DNA of 64,000 nucleotides from a bacterium (GTDB taxonomy: Bacteria; Hydrothermota; UBA3073; JACQXS01; JAGMCI01), in assembly GCA_030018315.1 (NCBI GenBank), contig JASEGA010000006.1, positions 1,271-65,270 of the forward strand, written 5' to 3'. The notes under the pieces are model-generated. The model was not told where the DNA came from and did no database searches. It saw only the letters and a program-made list of their open reading frames with translations. Position numbers and translations under genes: made by a program. This document shows positions 27,570-37,624 of this stretch, one piece after another; the stretch's first letter is position 1; each line of letters starts with the position of its first letter.

Positions 27570-28121
27570 TTATCTCACAACAATTATTTTCTTTGTTATA
27601 CTTTTATTACCAGTAGTAAGCTTGCAAAAGTATACACCTGAGTCAACAAATTTTCCAGCTTCATCCTTACCATCCCAAGAAACAGCAGTGATTAGTAAGA
27701 AGTGATCAGTGATAAGTGGAAAAGACTTAACTAATCTACCAGCCAGATCATAGATTTGTAGTGTAGGGGTTTGATTAATCAAACCCCTACCTAATCCCTG
27801 AATCCTAATCACTGTTTTCCCACTGAATGGATTAGGATATACTTCTAACAATTCGTCATTCGTCATTCGGATTTCGGATTTTACCGTCTCTTCTACTCCA
27901 TAAGCATCAACCTTTATAAGATATACATCAGACTCTCCTGCCCCATATGACCAAGTAGATCCAGCTATAATATAGCCACCGTCTCTCGTCTGTGCCACTG
28001 AGTAACCGAAGTCCCAATGAGTTCCGCCATATGTCTTTTCCCAGCCAGCAGATACTACATTAGCCAAACCTGGTAACCCCAATATAGTCACTATTACAGC
28101 CTTAGCAATCAACCTTAACAT
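27570..28121 (-). CDS. small secreted repeat protein with a T9SS C-terminal sorting domain
   Basis: Signal peptide; YGGT.WDFGYSVAQTRDGGYIIAG repeat; C-terminal CTD VYPNPFSGKTVIRIQGLGRG... Confidence 0.7.
   Translation of the reverse strand: MLRLIAKAVIVTILGLPGLANVVSAGWEKTYGGTHWDFGYSVAQTRDGGYIIAGSTWSYGAGESDVYLIKVDAYGVEETVKSEIRMTNDELLEVYPNPFSGKTVIRIQGLGRGLINQTPTLQIYDLAGRLVKSFPLITDHFLLITAVSWDGKDEAGKFVDSGVYFCKLTTGNKSITKKIIVVR
27764..27789. repeat. second copy of the 26-bp perfect palindrome TAGGGGTTTGATTAATCAAACCCCTA
   Basis: Exact match to 25496-25521. Confidence 0.8.
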
Positions 28122-28170
28122 ACTGCACCCCTTCTCATTGATTTAGACTGAAAAATGAACTCTGTCTACC

Positions 28171-29022
28171 TCAATGAATAGGATTCAATTTAAGCTTGCC
28201 TTCATCTTCACTTAAATACCCCATCCCAATTTTTGGGTCATGCTCAAATATAAGTAGCCAGTGTTCTTTAACTGCTATATTTAATAACTCTCTCTTCTTT
28301 TTCATTGTCTCTAATGGATACAAGTCATAACCCATCACATAGGGTAGTTTGATATGTGATGTTGTTGGAATCAAGTCAGCAAGATATAAAGCTTTTCCAC
28401 AGGATCCTTCGGAATTACCATGTGACTCAATTAACACAACTTGATGTCCTGCTGTATGCCCACCAGTCACAATAGTTTTAACACCCGGCACAATTTCTGT
28501 ATCCCCATCTATTAGATTAAGTAAACCAGCCTCTTCAATAGGGACCAAATTCTCTTTTAAATAGCTGGCACGAGTACGCTCATTTGGGTTGATGGCAGCA
28601 TCCCACTCACCACGTTGTATTACATATTTAGCATTCGGAAATGATGGAACAAGCTTGCCATTTTCAATCCTTGTGTTACCGCCACAGTGGTCAAAGTGGA
28701 GGTGTGTATTTATAACAACACCTATAGAGTCGTGGCTAAGTCCAAGCTTTTGTAAAGAGTCATTTAAATTACAAGTCTTATCTACCCTATACATACCCTT
28801 AAATTTTTCATCCATTTTTTCGCCAATCCCTGTATCTACAAGTATATTTTTATCACCTACTTGTATCAATAAGCAATTAAGACCAAGCTCAATCCTGTTT
28901 TCACTATCTGCAGGATTAAGTCTGTTCCAGATGACCTTAGGCACTATACCAAACATAGCACCACCATCAAGCCAAAACTTGCCATCTGAAAGGAGTTCTA
29001 AATTAGACTCGCCAAATCTCAT
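28171..29022 (-). CDS. MBL-fold metallo-hydrolase, with an in-frame short family-A insert
   Basis: [10 protein letters not shown] (HxHxDH) motif. The likely start is ATG 29020-29022, in an ATGA overlap with the upstream B12 subunit stop. [13 protein letters not shown] contains the family-A short form. Confidence 0.8.
   Translation of the reverse strand: MRFGESNLELLSDGKFWLDGGAMFGIVPKVIWNRLNPADSENRIELGLNCLLIQVGDKNILVDTGIGEKMDEKFKGMYRVDKTCNLNDSLQKLGLSHDSIGVVINTHLHFDHCGGNTRIENGKLVPSFPNAKYVIQRGEWDAAINPNERTRASYLKENLVPIEEAGLLNLIDGDTEIVPGVKTIVTGGHTAGHQVVLIESHGNSEGSCGKALYLADLIPTTSHIKLPYVMGYDLYPLETMKKKRELLNIAVKEHWLLIFEHDPKIGMGYLSEDEGKLKLNPIH
28396..28414. repeat. family-A element, short form (tccacaggatccttcggaa), in frame inside the MBL hydrolase
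   Basis: Same 19-mer core as 11869-11889. Confidence 0.75.
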
Positions 29023-29414
29023 TTCTTTACCACCCCCTTTATCCACTTCACTATTTCAGTAGTTGGAGTCCCGGGTCCAAATAGCTTTTTAACGCCTTGT
29101 TTCTCAAGTGCCTCCATATCTTCTTTTGGAATTATGCCACCACCACAAACAACTATATCAGCTGCACCTTTAGACTTAAGTAGTTTAACAATCTTTGGGA
29201 ATATAGTCATATGGGCACCGGATAGGATTGATACCCCTATCACATCTACATCCTCCTGAATCGCAGCCTCTACAATTTGCTCAGGTGTCTGGTGCAGTCC
29301 AGTATATATGACCTCCATCCCCGCATCTCTTAAGGCAGCAGCTACTACTTTTGCCCCCCTATCGTGACCGTCAAGCCCCGGCTTCGCTACTAATACTCTT
29401 ATCTTCTTTGCCAT
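29019..29414 (-). CDS. methylmalonyl-CoA mutase small subunit (cobalamin-binding domain)
   Basis: 131 aa; [19 protein letters not shown]... carries the DxHxxG B12-binding motif. Confidence 0.9.
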   Translation of the reverse strand: MAKKIRVLVAKPGLDGHDRGAKVVAAALRDAGMEVIYTGLHQTPEQIVEAAIQEDVDVIGVSILSGAHMTIFPKIVKLLKSKGAADIVVCGGGIIPKEDMEALEKQGVKKLFGPGTPTTEIVKWIKGVVKK

Positions 29415-29470
29415 AATACCCCCTATACATTACATGCTTAATATTTTATCTTAATCATTACAGCCTTCTT

Positions 29471-29764
29471 TTATACAGTAATTATTTGACCATCCCTCCC
29501 TATATTCAAATCAGGCTTGCCACCAAAAGTTTTAGCAAATGCATTTGTTAGTTTAACATTATCACCTTCCTTTACCAAATCAATCTGCTGTCTCCAGAGG
29601 CTGAGACTAATTGAACCTGTCTCATCCTCTAATGTAGCTGTAACTACATCAGCAGGCCCAAATCTTGTTTGAACCTGCCTCCGCCCACTTATCTTAACTA
29701 TCCGACCCATTACCTCAATATTACTCATCCCGGGTTGAATATCGCAAATTTTTACCTGTGGCAT
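29471..29764 (-). CDS. small OB-fold protein (RPA/SSB-like nucleic-acid-binding fold suspected)
   Basis: 97 aa with a beta-rich pattern resembling stand-alone OB-fold proteins; weak. Confidence 0.4.
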   Translation of the reverse strand: MPQVKICDIQPGMSNIEVMGRIVKISGRRQVQTRFGPADVVTATLEDETGSISLSLWRQQIDLVKEGDNVKLTNAFAKTFGGKPDLNIGRDGQIITV

Positions 29765-29808
29765 AATTCACCTCCAACTTTATCCTGTTATCTAAAACCC
29801 AACCCCAA

Positions 29809-30123
29809 TTAGTGCGATGGAAAGTATATTTTTGCTTTCTCTTTAATATTTTTTTCTAAATTTAGGTATTTTTCGAGCATTGCTGCAAATTCAGGCTCTA
29901 TTTCAATTTCTTTGGTCTTTTTGGATTGCCTTGGCTCTTTTAATTTGAATACATTCAATCTATCGTTAACCAGATTAAATCCAATTCCATAGTGTGGAAT
30001 AAATATTTCTTCAATTTCATGAGAAAAGCCGTGACTCCACGCCAGCGCTCCATCATAAACATCGGTCTTATATTTTAAAGCTTTCATAGTTATACCTCCA
30101 ATTGTGAGCTTAGGGTGAGCCAC
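29809..30123 (-). CDS. hypothetical protein
   Basis: 104 aa, no motif; non-ATG start in the track, likely start at the internal MKALKYK. Confidence 0.3.
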   Translation of the reverse strand: MAHPKLTIGGITMKALKYKTDVYDGALAWSHGFSHEIEEIFIPHYGIGFNLVNDRLNVFKLKEPRQSKKTKEIEIEPEFAAMLEKYLNLEKNIKEKAKIYFPSH

Positions 30124-30171
30124 CTTTACCTAAAAATCAAACCTGACACCGATTACCACATAATTCCAATA

Positions 30172-31785
30172 TTACCAGAATATCGGTGGCTCTTCGTATT
30201 CACCAAATTCTTCACGCAAGACATCACACATCTCACCAAGTGTAGCATAGACTCTGACAGCATCCAATATCTTAGGCATCAGATTATCACCACCCTTAGC
30301 TGCATCCCGTAATTCACGGAGTGTCTCCTTTACTTTAGTTGTGTTCCTTTCCTTCTTTAATTGCTTAAGACTTTCTATTTGTTGCTTTTCTACTTCGGGT
30401 GGTATCTTAAGTAGCTCTATCTTAGCTGGCTCTTCTTCTACGAACTCGTTTACACCTACAATTATTCGCTCTTTTTTTTCTATCTCTTTTTGGTACCTAT
30501 GTGCAGCTTTTGCTATCTCAAGCTGGAAGAAGCCTTTCTCAATTGCTGGAATCACTCCGCCAAGGGCAGAAATCTTATCAAAGTATTCATAGGCTTGGTG
30601 TTCTAATTTATTTGTTAATGCCTCAACATAATAAGAGCCACCAACTGGGTCTATAGTATTGGCAACACCTGTCTCGTATGCTATGAGTTGCTGTGTCCTC
30701 AGTGCTATTCTCACTGCCTTCTCTGTCGGTAAAGCATAAGTCTCATCCATTGAATTTGTATGCAAAGATTGAGTTCCACCTAAGACTGCAGAAAGTGCCT
30801 CAAATGCTGTCCTTATAATATTATTTTCAGGCTGTTGTGCAGTTAAAGTGCAGCCAGCTGTCTGTGTATGGAATCGCATAAGTAATGACCTTGTGTCTTT
30901 AGCCCCATATTTATTACGCATCTCCCTCGCCCATATACGACGGGCAGCTCTATACTTAGCAATCTCTTCAAAGAAGTCAATATGTGAATTGAAAAAGAAT
31001 GAAAGCCGAGGTGCAAACTTATCCACTGGAAGACCAGCCTTCATCCCATACTCTACATATGTAAACCCATTTGCTAAAGTAAAAGCAAGCTCTTGAGTAG
31101 CAGTTGAGCCTGCCTCCCTTATGTGATAACCGGAGATAGAAATAGTATTCCACTTTGGGACATAGTCTGAACAGTATGCGAGTATATCTGTAATAATACG
31201 CATAGAAGGCTCAGGTGGATATATCCATGACTTTTGTGCCTGATACTCTTTAAGGATGTCATTTTGGATAGTGCCTGTCAGGACTTCGGATGGTACACCT
31301 TGTTTCTCACCTACTACTATATACATAGCAAGTAGCATAGCAGCAGGTGCGTTTATAGTCATTGATGTAGAGATACGGTCAAGTGGTATACCATCAAATA
31401 TTATCTCCATATCACGAAGTGAGTCTACTGCTACACCACAACGGCCAACTTCACCCTGTGAGAGTGGGTGGTCTGAATCCCTGCCATAAAGGGTAGGAAA
31501 GTGAAATGCAACAGAGAGACCAGTCTGCCCCTTGCTTAATAAGTATTTGTATCTCTTATTTGTATCACGAGGAGTGCCGAAGCCAGAAAACTGACGCATC
31601 GTCCAAAGTCTGCCACAATACATTGTAGAATAGACACCTCTTGTAAACGGATACTCACCAGGGAAACCGAGTGCCTCCGTATAATCAAGGTCCTTAATAT
31701 CCTCTGGAGTATACAAAATTTTTACTGGCTCACCTGACACTGACTTAAATTGAGACCTCTTATCTTTTAGATTCTGTGTATCCAT
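30172..31785 (-). CDS. methylmalonyl-CoA mutase-family large subunit paralog (catalytic domain; MCM or ICM-like acyl-CoA mutase)
   Basis: 537 aa, ~65% identical to 20993-22576 over conserved blocks; it lacks the family-B insertion. Confidence 0.9.
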   Translation of the reverse strand: MDTQNLKDKRSQFKSVSGEPVKILYTPEDIKDLDYTEALGFPGEYPFTRGVYSTMYCGRLWTMRQFSGFGTPRDTNKRYKYLLSKGQTGLSVAFHFPTLYGRDSDHPLSQGEVGRCGVAVDSLRDMEIIFDGIPLDRISTSMTINAPAAMLLAMYIVVGEKQGVPSEVLTGTIQNDILKEYQAQKSWIYPPEPSMRIITDILAYCSDYVPKWNTISISGYHIREAGSTATQELAFTLANGFTYVEYGMKAGLPVDKFAPRLSFFFNSHIDFFEEIAKYRAARRIWAREMRNKYGAKDTRSLLMRFHTQTAGCTLTAQQPENNIIRTAFEALSAVLGGTQSLHTNSMDETYALPTEKAVRIALRTQQLIAYETGVANTIDPVGGSYYVEALTNKLEHQAYEYFDKISALGGVIPAIEKGFFQLEIAKAAHRYQKEIEKKERIIVGVNEFVEEEPAKIELLKIPPEVEKQQIESLKQLKKERNTTKVKETLRELRDAAKGGDNLMPKILDAVRVYATLGEMCDVLREEFGEYEEPPIFW

Positions 31786-31796
31786 CTTTTCCTCCC

Positions 31797-31875
31797 GAGG
31801 AGATGCTTCACTACGCTTGCCCTGAGCCTGTTGAGATTCTTTCCTTCGCTACGCTCAGGATCAGAGTGACAGGCG
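31797..31875. repeat. family-B element (two tandem modules) in the 5' leader of the MCM paralog
   Basis: gaggagatgcttcactacgcttgccctgagcctgttgagattctttccttcgctacgctcaggatcagag, with CCTGAGC / GCTCAGG inverted arms. Confidence 0.7.
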
Positions 31876-32120
31876 AAAAGTTCAGCATGACATACATCAT
31901 TTTTACACCAAAAAACTCAAAAGTCAAGAAAAAGCTGCTTTGTTGAATAATTCACTTTACAAAACTTGCAACACCTTGATTGACACCGATTTATGAGATT
32001 CTTCACTTCGTTCAGAATGACAAGGTCAAAATTGTCTAAAACCGAGTCAAAGGTTGAAAATCAAAGGTGCCAAAAATATTTATTCAACAAAGCAAGAAAA
32101 AGCAAAAATTATCAAATTTA

Positions 32121-32148
32121 TTGACTTTTTGTAATGAGGTATTAAAAT
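32121..32148 (+). promoter_or_regulatory. sigma70-type promoter (TTGACT-16-TAAAAT) for the sensor kinase, possibly leaderless
   Basis: TTGACT at 32121-32126 and TAAAAT at 32143-32148. The ATG at 32156 lies ~8 nt past the -10, with no SD. Confidence 0.5.
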
Positions 32149-32155
32149 TAAGTTT

Positions 32156-33403
32156 ATGCCATATTTTATCGTTGCAGTTGGACTTGCTGTAGTAATTACT
32201 CTCCTATATCTTTTGCTCCGAAGATATACTCCAAAATTTAGGTCAAAATTGATACTCATTTTTATTTGTTTTTTGCTTATACCAACTATACCACTTACTT
32301 TCCTGACCTTAAATCTGCTTACGAGGAACATAGATGTGTGGTCAAACAAGAGAATAGTAAGTGCACTTGAAGACTCATTTACTATATCAGAAAAGCTTAA
32401 GGAGACACAAGGAGAGGAAGGATTAGATTTAAAGACAAGGAATAAAATACAAAACATAGTAGGGGTGCTTCAAATTGTAAAGCAGTTACAGTTGTTTAAA
32501 AAGTCGATTAAAGTAATACTATGGCTTTTATTTTCTGTCGGTGTGATTATGTTGGTTGTTGCAGGTGTAGTTATTGCTTCAAGACTGAGTAAAGGGATTG
32601 AAAGACCTATTCATAACTTAGTTCAGGGGACACAGAAAATTACACAAGGTGACTTTGGTTATCAAATTCCTGTAGAATCAAAAGACGAAATTGGGAATCT
32701 AACCGACTCCTTTAATAAGATGAGTAAGGACCTCGAGACACAGCGAGAAGCTCTTAAAACTACAGAGCGATTAAAAGCGTGGCAAGAGATAGCAAGAAGA
32801 GTATCACATGAGATAAAAAACCCACTCACTTCTATTGGAATTTCTATTGATAGGTTGACTCCAAATTTAAAAGAAGAAAGAGATAAGGAATGTTTAACTA
32901 CAATAAAAGAAGAGTTAGAAAATTTACGGCATCTTGCAACCGAATTCTCAGAATTTGCAAGAATGCCAGAGCCAAACTTTGTGCGATGTGATTTAAATGA
33001 GATTGTAAAGAGTGTAGTTGAGCTTTATAGTGGAGAGCAAAAAATAAAAGTGAATTACTTTAAAGATATTCCTGATATTTTTATTGATAAGAACGGTATT
33101 AGAAGGGTGCTTACAAATTTGATAAAAAATAGTATAGAAGCAGCTGGCCAGATATCTGTATCCACATCAGTGGATAACGAGTGGGCAATAGTTACAGTAG
33201 CCGATACCGGGAGTGGAATCTCAAAAGATGTTTTAGCTAAAATATTTGACCCCTATGTAACTACAAAATATAAAGGGACTGGACTTGGCTTCACTATAGC
33301 AAAAAAGATAATAGTAGACCATCAAGGAGAGATAACTATAAATTCAGAAGAAGGAAGAGGCACAATAGCAGTAGTTAAGTTACCAATAAAGAAGAAGGTC
33401 TAA
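32156..33403 (+). CDS. sensor histidine kinase (TM - HAMP - HisKA - HATPase)
   Basis: Two TM segments; H-box SHEIKNPLTSI; G1/G2 boxes (DTGSGI, GTGLGF). Confidence 0.85.
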   Translation: MPYFIVAVGLAVVITLLYLLLRRYTPKFRSKLILIFICFLLIPTIPLTFLTLNLLTRNIDVWSNKRIVSALEDSFTISEKLKETQGEEGLDLKTRNKIQNIVGVLQIVKQLQLFKKSIKVILWLLFSVGVIMLVVAGVVIASRLSKGIERPIHNLVQGTQKITQGDFGYQIPVESKDEIGNLTDSFNKMSKDLETQREALKTTERLKAWQEIARRVSHEIKNPLTSIGISIDRLTPNLKEERDKECLTTIKEELENLRHLATEFSEFARMPEPNFVRCDLNEIVKSVVELYSGEQKIKVNYFKDIPDIFIDKNGIRRVLTNLIKNSIEAAGQISVSTSVDNEWAIVTVADTGSGISKDVLAKIFDPYVTTKYKGTGLGFTIAKKIIVDHQGEITINSEEGRGTIAVVKLPIKKKV

Positions 33404-33407
33404 AAAC

Positions 33408-34781
33408 ATGGCAGTCCGTATTTTAGTTGTAGACGATGAACCTAATATCAGAAAATCTATAAAAGGATTACTTGAAGATAAAGGCTACGAACTCGAGACA
33501 GTTGCTACTGGTGAGGATGCACTTTTTTGTATAGAGAAAAACAACTTTGATATCGTCTTACTTGATATTGTCTTACCCGGAATTGATGGGATTCAGGTAC
33601 TTGAAAAGATTAAACAAAACAAACCTTATCTTCCTGTAGTTATGATTTCAGGTCAGGCTACAATTGATAATGCAGTAAAAGCGACTAAACTTGGTGCTTA
33701 CGATTTCTTAGAGAAACCAATAATAGGCGAAAAACTGCTACTCCTCATAACACATCTTCTTGAGCATGAAGGGCTTAAAAGACAGGTTGCCAAGCGATAC
33801 ACAATGGTTGGGTCAAGCAATGCCATAAAAAAACTTTACGAAGAGCTTAAAAGAGCTGCCCAATCCAATAGCCGTGTCCTTATTCATGGTGAGAGTGGCA
33901 CAGGCAAAGAACTTGTAGCTCGTGCTATACATGACTACAGTCCTCGAAAAACACAGCCTTTCATAACAGTAAATTGTGCTGCTCTCCCTAAAGAACTTAT
34001 AGAAAGCGAGCTTTTTGGCTACGAGAAGGGTGCATTTACAGGCGCTATTACAAAGAAAGAGGGTAAATTCATTTTAGCAAATACTGGCACTCTATTTTTG
34101 GATGAGGTAGGTGATATGAGTCTTGAGACACAAGCTAAGTTGTTGCGAGTGCTGGAAGAGGGTGAAATAGAGCCATTGGGTGGCAAAACGCCGATAAAAG
34201 TGGATGTAAGAGTTATCTCTGCTACTAACAAGAATCTGGAGTATGAGACTCAAAAAGGAAATTTCAGACAAGATCTACTCTTCAGAATAAATGTAATCCC
34301 TATTTTTGTGCCTCCGCTACGGGAGCGAATTGAGGATATAGGGATTCTATCTAAATATTTTATTAAGTTATTTTGTGAAGAAAACGGTAAACGGTCAAAA
34401 GATATAGAGTCAAGTGCTATAAAAGAACTTGAAAAATATAACTGGCCAGGTAATGTAAGGGAGTTAAAGAATCTTATGGAGCGTCTTGTAATTATGGTAC
34501 CCAGAGATACGATTACTGTAAACGATGTAGTCTCACTATCCCGACCTGTCGGGATAGGAAGCAAGGAAATGATTGTAGGGCAAGGCTTTAGCCTTGCAAA
34601 AAATGAAGAGTTGTCACTTCGGCAGAGAGTAGATAACTTTGAGCGCACACTTATCCAGCAAGCACTTATAGCAGCTGACTGGAATATTAAGAAGGCAGCA
34701 GCCATACTTAAAACTGACCGTGCTAACCTTTATCGTAAGATTAGAGAGTATGGTCTAACTGATTGTAGGGGTAATTCATGA
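33408..34781 (+). CDS. sigma54-dependent response regulator (NtrC family: REC - AAA+ - Fis HTH)
   Basis: ILVVDDE...D receiver; GESGTGKE Walker A; GAFTGA sigma54-contact motif; ELKNLMER; C-terminal HTH. Confidence 0.9.
   Translation: MAVRILVVDDEPNIRKSIKGLLEDKGYELETVATGEDALFCIEKNNFDIVLLDIVLPGIDGIQVLEKIKQNKPYLPVVMISGQATIDNAVKATKLGAYDFLEKPIIGEKLLLLITHLLEHEGLKRQVAKRYTMVGSSNAIKKLYEELKRAAQSNSRVLIHGESGTGKELVARAIHDYSPRKTQPFITVNCAALPKELIESELFGYEKGAFTGAITKKEGKFILANTGTLFLDEVGDMSLETQAKLLRVLEEGEIEPLGGKTPIKVDVRVISATNKNLEYETQKGNFRQDLLFRINVIPIFVPPLRERIEDIGILSKYFIKLFCEENGKRSKDIESSAIKELEKYNWPGNVRELKNLMERLVIMVPRDTITVNDVVSLSRPVGIGSKEMIVGQGFSLAKNEELSLRQRVDNFERTLIQQALIAADWNIKKAAAILKTDRANLYRKIREYGLTDCRGNS
34576..34598. 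repeat. family-D palindromic 23-mer (TAGGGCAAGGCTTTAGCCTTGCA), in frame within the NtrC linker
   Basis: An exact 23-nt match lies at 44431-44453 (intergenic). It encodes VGQGFSLA between the AAA+ and HTH domains. Confidence 0.75.
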
Positions 34782-35095
34782 ATTACCCCTATAACATTAG
34801 TGTCAGACTACAACACCTTTGTGTCAAATTGCTACACAAATAAAAGTTTTAGATACTCTTAAATATTTTACATAAAACACTAAAAACCCATCCCCACAAT
34901 AATTCAGGGAAATAGCTACCAAATTATTGCCCAAATGTCACAGAAGTTGCTATGTTAAGAAAGAGGGTGATTGTAATGAAGAAGAAGTTAGAAGTAGCGG
35001 CAGTTGGGATTGGAGGGTTAGTTCTTTATACCCTCGCTATGGGGATAATGCTTTTTATTAACGCACTAATATTGGTGCGTTAAAGGAGGTGAACT

Positions 35096-35386
35096 ATGTT
35101 TATATTAAAGAGATTTTGGTGGCTACCCGTTATCCTATTCCTATCAACTGGATTGGAGGGTCGTGCAATTAATCAGGATGTAGTTACTCAATCTATAAGG
35201 AATTGTGAGCTAAAGGATACAGGTGTTAGTGATAATGTAGATGGATGGGTTGGCTGTTCTATTGATAAGATAGAGTTTGACAAAAATAGACTCACTCTGA
35301 AGCAGAAGGTTGAACCAACAAAAGTAAGCTTAATGAAGTTTCTCTCTTACACTTTAAGTGGGGTAGTAATTTTTTTACTAATGTAG
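35096..35386 (+). CDS. small secreted protein; a paralogous duplication of the 5' end (RBS plus signal peptide) of the following Omp85 gene
   Basis: aaaggaggtgaac-ATGTTT and MF..KRFWWLPVILFLS mirror 35408-35470. Confidence 0.4.
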   Translation: MFILKRFWWLPVILFLSTGLEGRAINQDVVTQSIRNCELKDTGVSDNVDGWVGCSIDKIEFDKNRLTLKQKVEPTKVSLMKFLSYTLSGVVIFLLM

Positions 35387-35420
35387 AGGAGCAAAAGCAT
35401 CGTTTTAAAGGAGGTGAACA

Positions 35421-37613
35421 ATGTTTAGCTCAAATAAATTTTGGTGTCTAACCATTATCTTGCTTCTATCTAATACATTAAATGCAAAGGTTAGACAAGG
35501 GATAGCACAGTCTACAGGCAATGTTTATGTTGCCACTGAGGATACAATCAAAGGAGATGTTAGGTGTGAGGTAGGTAACATAGTTATCGATGGTGTGGTT
35601 GATGGTGATGTTGAATGTGAGATTGGTGAAGTGAAAGTCAATGGGATTGTGACTGGTGATGTAAGAGTTAAGGTTGGCGAGATTTATAATTATGGAGAAA
35701 TAATGGGTAATACTACAGTGTCTATTGGTGAGGTCTACGGAGCTGAAATCGAGGAAAAAGGAGATGTAAAAGCTGCTAAAAAAGTTTTAGAAGGTATAGC
35801 ATTCAATTTCCCGATAGTTAGCATAAAAGTGTCGGGTATGGTAAATGTTCCTGGGCAAGTAATTCGTGATACAATGGCTATACATATAGGTGATACCGTT
35901 GATATTGATAAACTGATAAGAACTAAAAAGAACATAGAGGCACTACAGTATTTCAAAACTGTAGCTCTTAATGTAGTCAGAGAAGACAAAGGTGTTAGAC
36001 TTGAGGTTAAAGTTGAAGAAAATCCTAAGATTGAGGAAGTAAAAATAGAGGGAAAGTCAGTATTTTCAACTGATGAGCTACTTAAAGAATTAGCAATCCC
36101 TATTGGGGAAGTGTTGAAAGGGAGTGTTGATGAGAAAAAGAGGGTCATTGAGTCAATGTATCACAAGCAAGGATATAAGTTAGCCAAGGTAACAACAGCT
36201 TGTGAAGGCGGGGTACTCACTTTTAAGATTGACGAAGGCTACATTGATAAGATAGAAATCACAGGGAATAAAAGGATATCTACCAAAGCCATTTTTGAGA
36301 CACTTGCTATAAAAGAGGGTGATTTATACAATGAGGATAAAGTCAAAGAAGCTGTGAAAAGATTAGAGGAACAATTTCCAGTAAAAGTGAGAGAAAAGCA
36401 TAAAGTGAAAGCATTAATTGAAGGAGGTAAAGAAGGAGAGGCTGTTGAGAGACATAAAGTAAAGGTATTTAAATTAGGGACTGGTGAAGAGGGAGAAGAG
36501 TCAATTGAGGAAGCTCTTAAATGTGTAAAGCATGAGAAAGGAGTAGAGAAGGCGTATACAATTTATGAGGAAAAAGGTAAAAATGTGCTAAGAATCCCTA
36601 TCGAAGAGAAAGACTTTGCAAAAACTGACTTTTTTGATTTAAGATACAACCGAGTTGAAGGCTTATGGTGGGCTGCTAATTTTGAGACAAGAACTTTTAT
36701 GCCTAATGATTGGAAGCTTAAAATTATGGGTGGCTATGCCTTCACTCCTAAGCTATGGGAATACAGAGGTAGCATAGAGAAGCCATTTTTCTATCCGCAT
36801 ACCTTTACTATCGGGGGTGAATATCGCAATATTGTAGATACACAGGATAGCTGGATTATCAGTGAGGGTGAAGAGACAGCATCATCATTTTTCTTAAACA
36901 GAGATTATTATGATTATTACACTAGACAAGGTGCTGGTATTTGGCTGTCACAGGTGGTGATTCCCAAGCACAAAGTAAAGATTGAATACAATGCAGACAA
37001 ATACGGAAACATTGAGGCAAGTGATGTATGGACTATGTTCAATAAGGACAGGCCTACACGCGAAAATCCACAAATTGATGAGGGCTATCTTAAAAGTATC
37101 GCTGTAGCTTATAGTTGTGAGATTGGTAATAAAACGCACAGTATAAAATCATGGATTGGAGTTGAAAAAGCAGGAGACCAGTTAGGTGGTGACTTTGAGT
37201 TCACTCGCTACATACTGGACTTACGAAGCTATAATGAATTATTTGCTTCTAATTTTCTTGACTTCCGAGTTAGAATAGGGTATTCTAATAATACATTACC
37301 TATGCAAAGGAGATTTTACCTTGGAGATGTTGGCACTTTACATGGCTACTACTATAAAGAGTTCTCTGGCAATACTATGTTTCTTGGTAACATAGAGTAT
37401 AGACTTGGGAGCAAGACACCTCAACTCGCCATTTTGGCTGATGCCGGTAATGCATGGGAGAGAGGGGGTGACTTTAGTTTATCCGAGTTAAAGCCAAGCA
37501 TTGGATTAGGGATTCAGAGTTATGGCGGCGGATTTAGAATCAGTGTACATAGACGACTGGATAAGGAAAATGCTCCTTTAATAACATATGTTAGGTTTAG
37601 TAAAACTTTTTAG
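35421..37613 (+). CDS. Omp85-family outer-membrane protein with an N-terminal bactofilin-like beta-helical repeat region and POTRA domains
   Basis: N-terminal GDVRCEVGNIVIDGVVDGDVECEIGEVKVNGIVTGDVRVKVGEI (G-x-V repeats); two or more POTRA-like segments; a C-terminal beta-barrel ending ...VRFSKTF (aromatic beta-signal). Confidence 0.6.
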   Translation: MFSSNKFWCLTIILLLSNTLNAKVRQGIAQSTGNVYVATEDTIKGDVRCEVGNIVIDGVVDGDVECEIGEVKVNGIVTGDVRVKVGEIYNYGEIMGNTTVSIGEVYGAEIEEKGDVKAAKKVLEGIAFNFPIVSIKVSGMVNVPGQVIRDTMAIHIGDTVDIDKLIRTKKNIEALQYFKTVALNVVREDKGVRLEVKVEENPKIEEVKIEGKSVFSTDELLKELAIPIGEVLKGSVDEKKRVIESMYHKQGYKLAKVTTACEGGVLTFKIDEGYIDKIEITGNKRISTKAIFETLAIKEGDLYNEDKVKEAVKRLEEQFPVKVREKHKVKALIEGGKEGEAVERHKVKVFKLGTGEEGEESIEEALKCVKHEKGVEKAYTIYEEKGKNVLRIPIEEKDFAKTDFFDLRYNRVEGLWWAANFETRTFMPNDWKLKIMGGYAFTPKLWEYRGSIEKPFFYPHTFTIGGEYRNIVDTQDSWIISEGEETASSFFLNRDYYDYYTRQGAGIWLSQVVIPKHKVKIEYNADKYGNIEASDVWTMFNKDRPTRENPQIDEGYLKSIAVAYSCEIGNKTHSIKSWIGVEKAGDQLGGDFEFTRYILDLRSYNELFASNFLDFRVRIGYSNNTLPMQRRFYLGDVGTLHGYYYKEFSGNTMFLGNIEYRLGSKTPQLAILADAGNAWERGGDFSLSELKPSIGLGIQSYGGGFRISVHRRLDKENAPLITYVRFSKTF

Positions 37614-37624
37614 AGGAGGGTAAG

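Noticed and set aside
32080-32457. 125-aa minus-strand ORF overlapping the kinase start
   Set aside because: It overlaps the kinase promoter and start, has a hydrophobic low-complexity translation and no RBS; treated as spurious.
34782-35420. Sigma54 (-24 TGGCAC / -12 TTGC) promoter for the genes downstream of the NtrC-type regulator
   Set aside because: Visual scanning found no GG-N10-GC element with acceptable flanks; a PWM scan is needed, so none is annotated.
34019-36148. Minus-strand ORFs 34019-34231, 34250-34705 and 35735-36148
   Set aside because: Antisense to the NtrC regulator and the Omp85 gene; low-complexity with no homology signals.
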